A stretch of DNA of 62,316 bases, filler included, from Porpidia crustulata (taxonomy: Eukaryota), in NCBI GenBank assembly GCA_964255105.1. It is 16 parts of 16 records of this genome, joined end to end, with 100 filler letters (N's around TTAATTAATTAA, not from the genome) between each part and the next. Parts side by side here need not be neighbours in the genome. Positions count along the whole stretch, not along the records: positions 58,542 to 62,316 come from CAXUWE010002234.1; 15 more parts are not named here. One strand, 5' to 3'. A program made the position numbers and the translations under genes. The notes under the pieces were generated by a model, which saw only the letters and a list, made by a program, of their open reading frames with translations, did no database searches and was not told the origin of the DNA. Positions 61,956 to 62,316 of the stretch are shown here, piece by piece (the first letter of the stretch is position 1; each line of letters starts with the position of its first letter).

Positions 61956-62316
61956 ATGGCCGTACCCCCCACTGTCCAACCCTCCCTAAAACAACCGCTC
62001 TACCTCACCCACCCCGCCTCCTACACCCTCCAACCCACCCTCCTGACCCGCACCTCCCAGCTCCGCACCTGGTCCCTCATCATCCAAAAATACTGCCGCA
62101 CGCACCGCGTCTACAAGCTCGTGCTCCAGACCGCGCTTTCCACGCCGTTGTTCCACAACCCCAACATCAAGAAACGGCTGAGCCTGCGGGATGCGCGGGA
62201 GGTGGTGGATTGGATGTGCGGCAAAGAGGGGGAGGAGAGGGCGGAGTGGATCGCCGGGGATGGCAAGGGTGAAGCTGGGAAAGGGGTGTGTTGGGTGTGG
62301 TGGAGGAGGCCGGAGG
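61956..62316 (+). CDS. VPS25: ESCRT-II subunit Vps25; 3' truncated (absent from the ORF track)
   Basis: Frame from ATG 61956 is open to the window end: ..YTLQPTLLTRTSQLRTWSLIIQKYCRTHRVYKL..PLFHNPNIKKRLSL..RAEWI..CWVWWRRPE. Confidence 0.9.
   Translation, partial: MAVPPTVQPSLKQPLYLTHPASYTLQPTLLTRTSQLRTWSLIIQKYCRTHRVYKLVLQTALSTPLFHNPNIKKRLSLRDAREVVDWMCGKEGEERAEWIAGDGKGEAGKGVCWVWWRRPE

Noticed and set aside
61931..62272. 113-aa Pro/His-rich ORF from the track
   Set aside because: Wrong frame; the overlapping frame from 61956 encodes Vps25.

Overview
This window is not contiguous DNA. It is 16 short contigs (about 3.78-3.83 kb, in descending length order) from a filamentous ascomycete (Pezizomycotina; a lichen-forming Lecanoromycete is plausible but unproven), joined by 15 identical 100-nt artificial linkers (N44-TTAATTAATTAA-N44). 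Adjacency across linkers carries no biological meaning. Recognisable intron-containing genes are TVP38, SNX4/ATG24 (with two internal deletions), a GH92 alpha-1,2-mannosidase, MEX67, BYE1, a ZNF830-like zinc finger, an ASST-type arylsulfotransferase, an NCS1 nucleobase permease, a CaCA exchanger, a CCG-6/Sed1-like GPI wall protein and two CorA-like proteins; VPS25 (partial, missed by the ORF track) and several hypotheticals and pseudogenes are also present. The most notable observations are: (1) an intronless sulfotransferase-HAD phosphatase fusion with a decayed partial duplicate beside it; (2) a tiny TA-flanked pogo/Fot1-like MITE family (3 copies on 3 contigs) with a TAACCCTAACCCTA telomeric core; (3) a pogo-type TIR fused onto an NLR-type TPR repeat; (4) a perfect UaY/Ppr1-type TCGG-N6-CCGA site plus a GATA array upstream of the NCS1 permease; (5) a recurrent C-then-G-rich ramp at gene 3' ends. 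All family assignments come from motif recognition, not database searches.
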